Shown here piece after piece: positions 63,343-64,000 of a stretch of DNA of 64,000 nucleotides. Numbering within the stretch: the first letter of the stretch is position 1; every line of letters begins with the position of its first letter. A program made the position numbers and the translations under genes. This DNA is from Clostridia bacterium. Lineage in GTDB: Bacteria > Bacillota > Clostridia > Christensenellales > UBA1242. The notes below the pieces were generated by a model that made no database searches, was not told the DNA's origin, and saw only the letters and a list, made by a program, of their open reading frames with translations. The stretch is from contig JAZONM010000018.1 of the NCBI GenBank assembly GCA_045654505.1, positions 4,581 through 68,580 on the forward strand, in the 5' to 3' direction.

Positions 63343-64000
63343 ATGGAAGTAAGAATTTTAGCGACAAGCAACAACGAACAACATATGAATAAAGATAATT
63401 TTAATACTTTTTCTGGCAAAATTGCAGGGATTTGTTATAGTGAAGATGGCTACGCGCGTCTTGAAAACGAACCAAAAAAACGCACTGAAAGACGTATTCA
63501 AATGACAAAAGGCAATGGTCACCATAGCGTATACGAACACGAATACATTACACTATATTTAGAAAATGTGCCAAAGCTTTTTGCTATGCTTATAAATAAT
63601 GAAAAGGTTTATGTCACAAGTGAAAAATCGGGCAGATACACTAAGATGTTGGGTGATGGTCTAGAAAACGATTTATATGATAAGTGGCAAAAGATATTTG
63701 TCGAGGAAATAACAAAGAAATATTCAACCATTCCATATTTCACCGAAAGCAGAATCGACAAACTTGCAAAGGAAAATGCACGCCTTTTATTGTCAATATT
63801 TACCCCTGGAAGTGCCATGGCGTACACTACGTCCTATCGCCAACTAAACTATTTATATGGCTGGATGAAAAATATCAATGAGACCTCTCATCCTCTTTTA
63901 TTTAAACTTAAGCCATACATGGATGAATTTTGTCAAAAACTTGAAGAGAATAATCTAATTGATTGTGATTTACAAAATGATGGCAAAGGCAGAGGATTTT
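63343..64000 (+). CDS. ThyX-like FAD-dependent thymidylate synthase (partial, runs off window)
   Basis: Own translation: AGICY, GHHSVYEH, SEKSGRY, KENARLLL; no stop before the window end. Confidence 0.75.
   Translation, partial: MEVRILATSNNEQHMNKDNFNTFSGKIAGICYSEDGYARLENEPKKRTERRIQMTKGNGHHSVYEHEYITLYLENVPKLFAMLINNEKVYVTSEKSGRYTKMLGDGLENDLYDKWQKIFVEEITKKYSTIPYFTESRIDKLAKENARLLLSIFTPGSAMAYTTSYRQLNYLYGWMKNINETSHPLLFKLKPYMDEFCQKLEENNLIDCDLQNDGKGRGF

Overview
Low-GC, spore-forming Clostridia-type chromosome segment that looks streamlined. Most of it (12.9-64 kb) is housekeeping: rnj-trmR-U32-sigK, rnpB, rarA, lepA-hemW-hrcA-grpE-dnaK-dnaJ-rsmE-mtaB-hit-rpsU, pcrA-ligA, rpoZ-priA-def-fmt-rsmB-rlmN-rsgA-rpe, spoVM-rpmB-asp23-fakA, four tRNAs, argS, ytxC-thrS, infC-rpmI-rplT, yebC and a partial thyX-like gene. 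The standout is an intact ~10.7 kb podovirus-like virion cassette (924-11667): TerL, an HTH-less TerS-like protein, portal, scaffold, major capsid, probable adaptor/nozzle and two holins. No integrase, repressor, replication genes, endolysin, tape measure or att sites are visible, and a perfect Spo0A box lies just upstream, so it is a candidate domesticated gene-transfer-agent (GTA)-like system. Other points of interest: a Bacteroidetes-like serine palmitoyltransferase paired with an SDR, a catalytically degenerate GDPD, a Cys/His-rich GrpE N-terminus, an ankyrin gene between duplicated terminators, a duplicated tRNA-Leu 3' end, and tiny sporulation genes missed by the ORF track. All calls come from motif recognition and gene order; no database searches were run.
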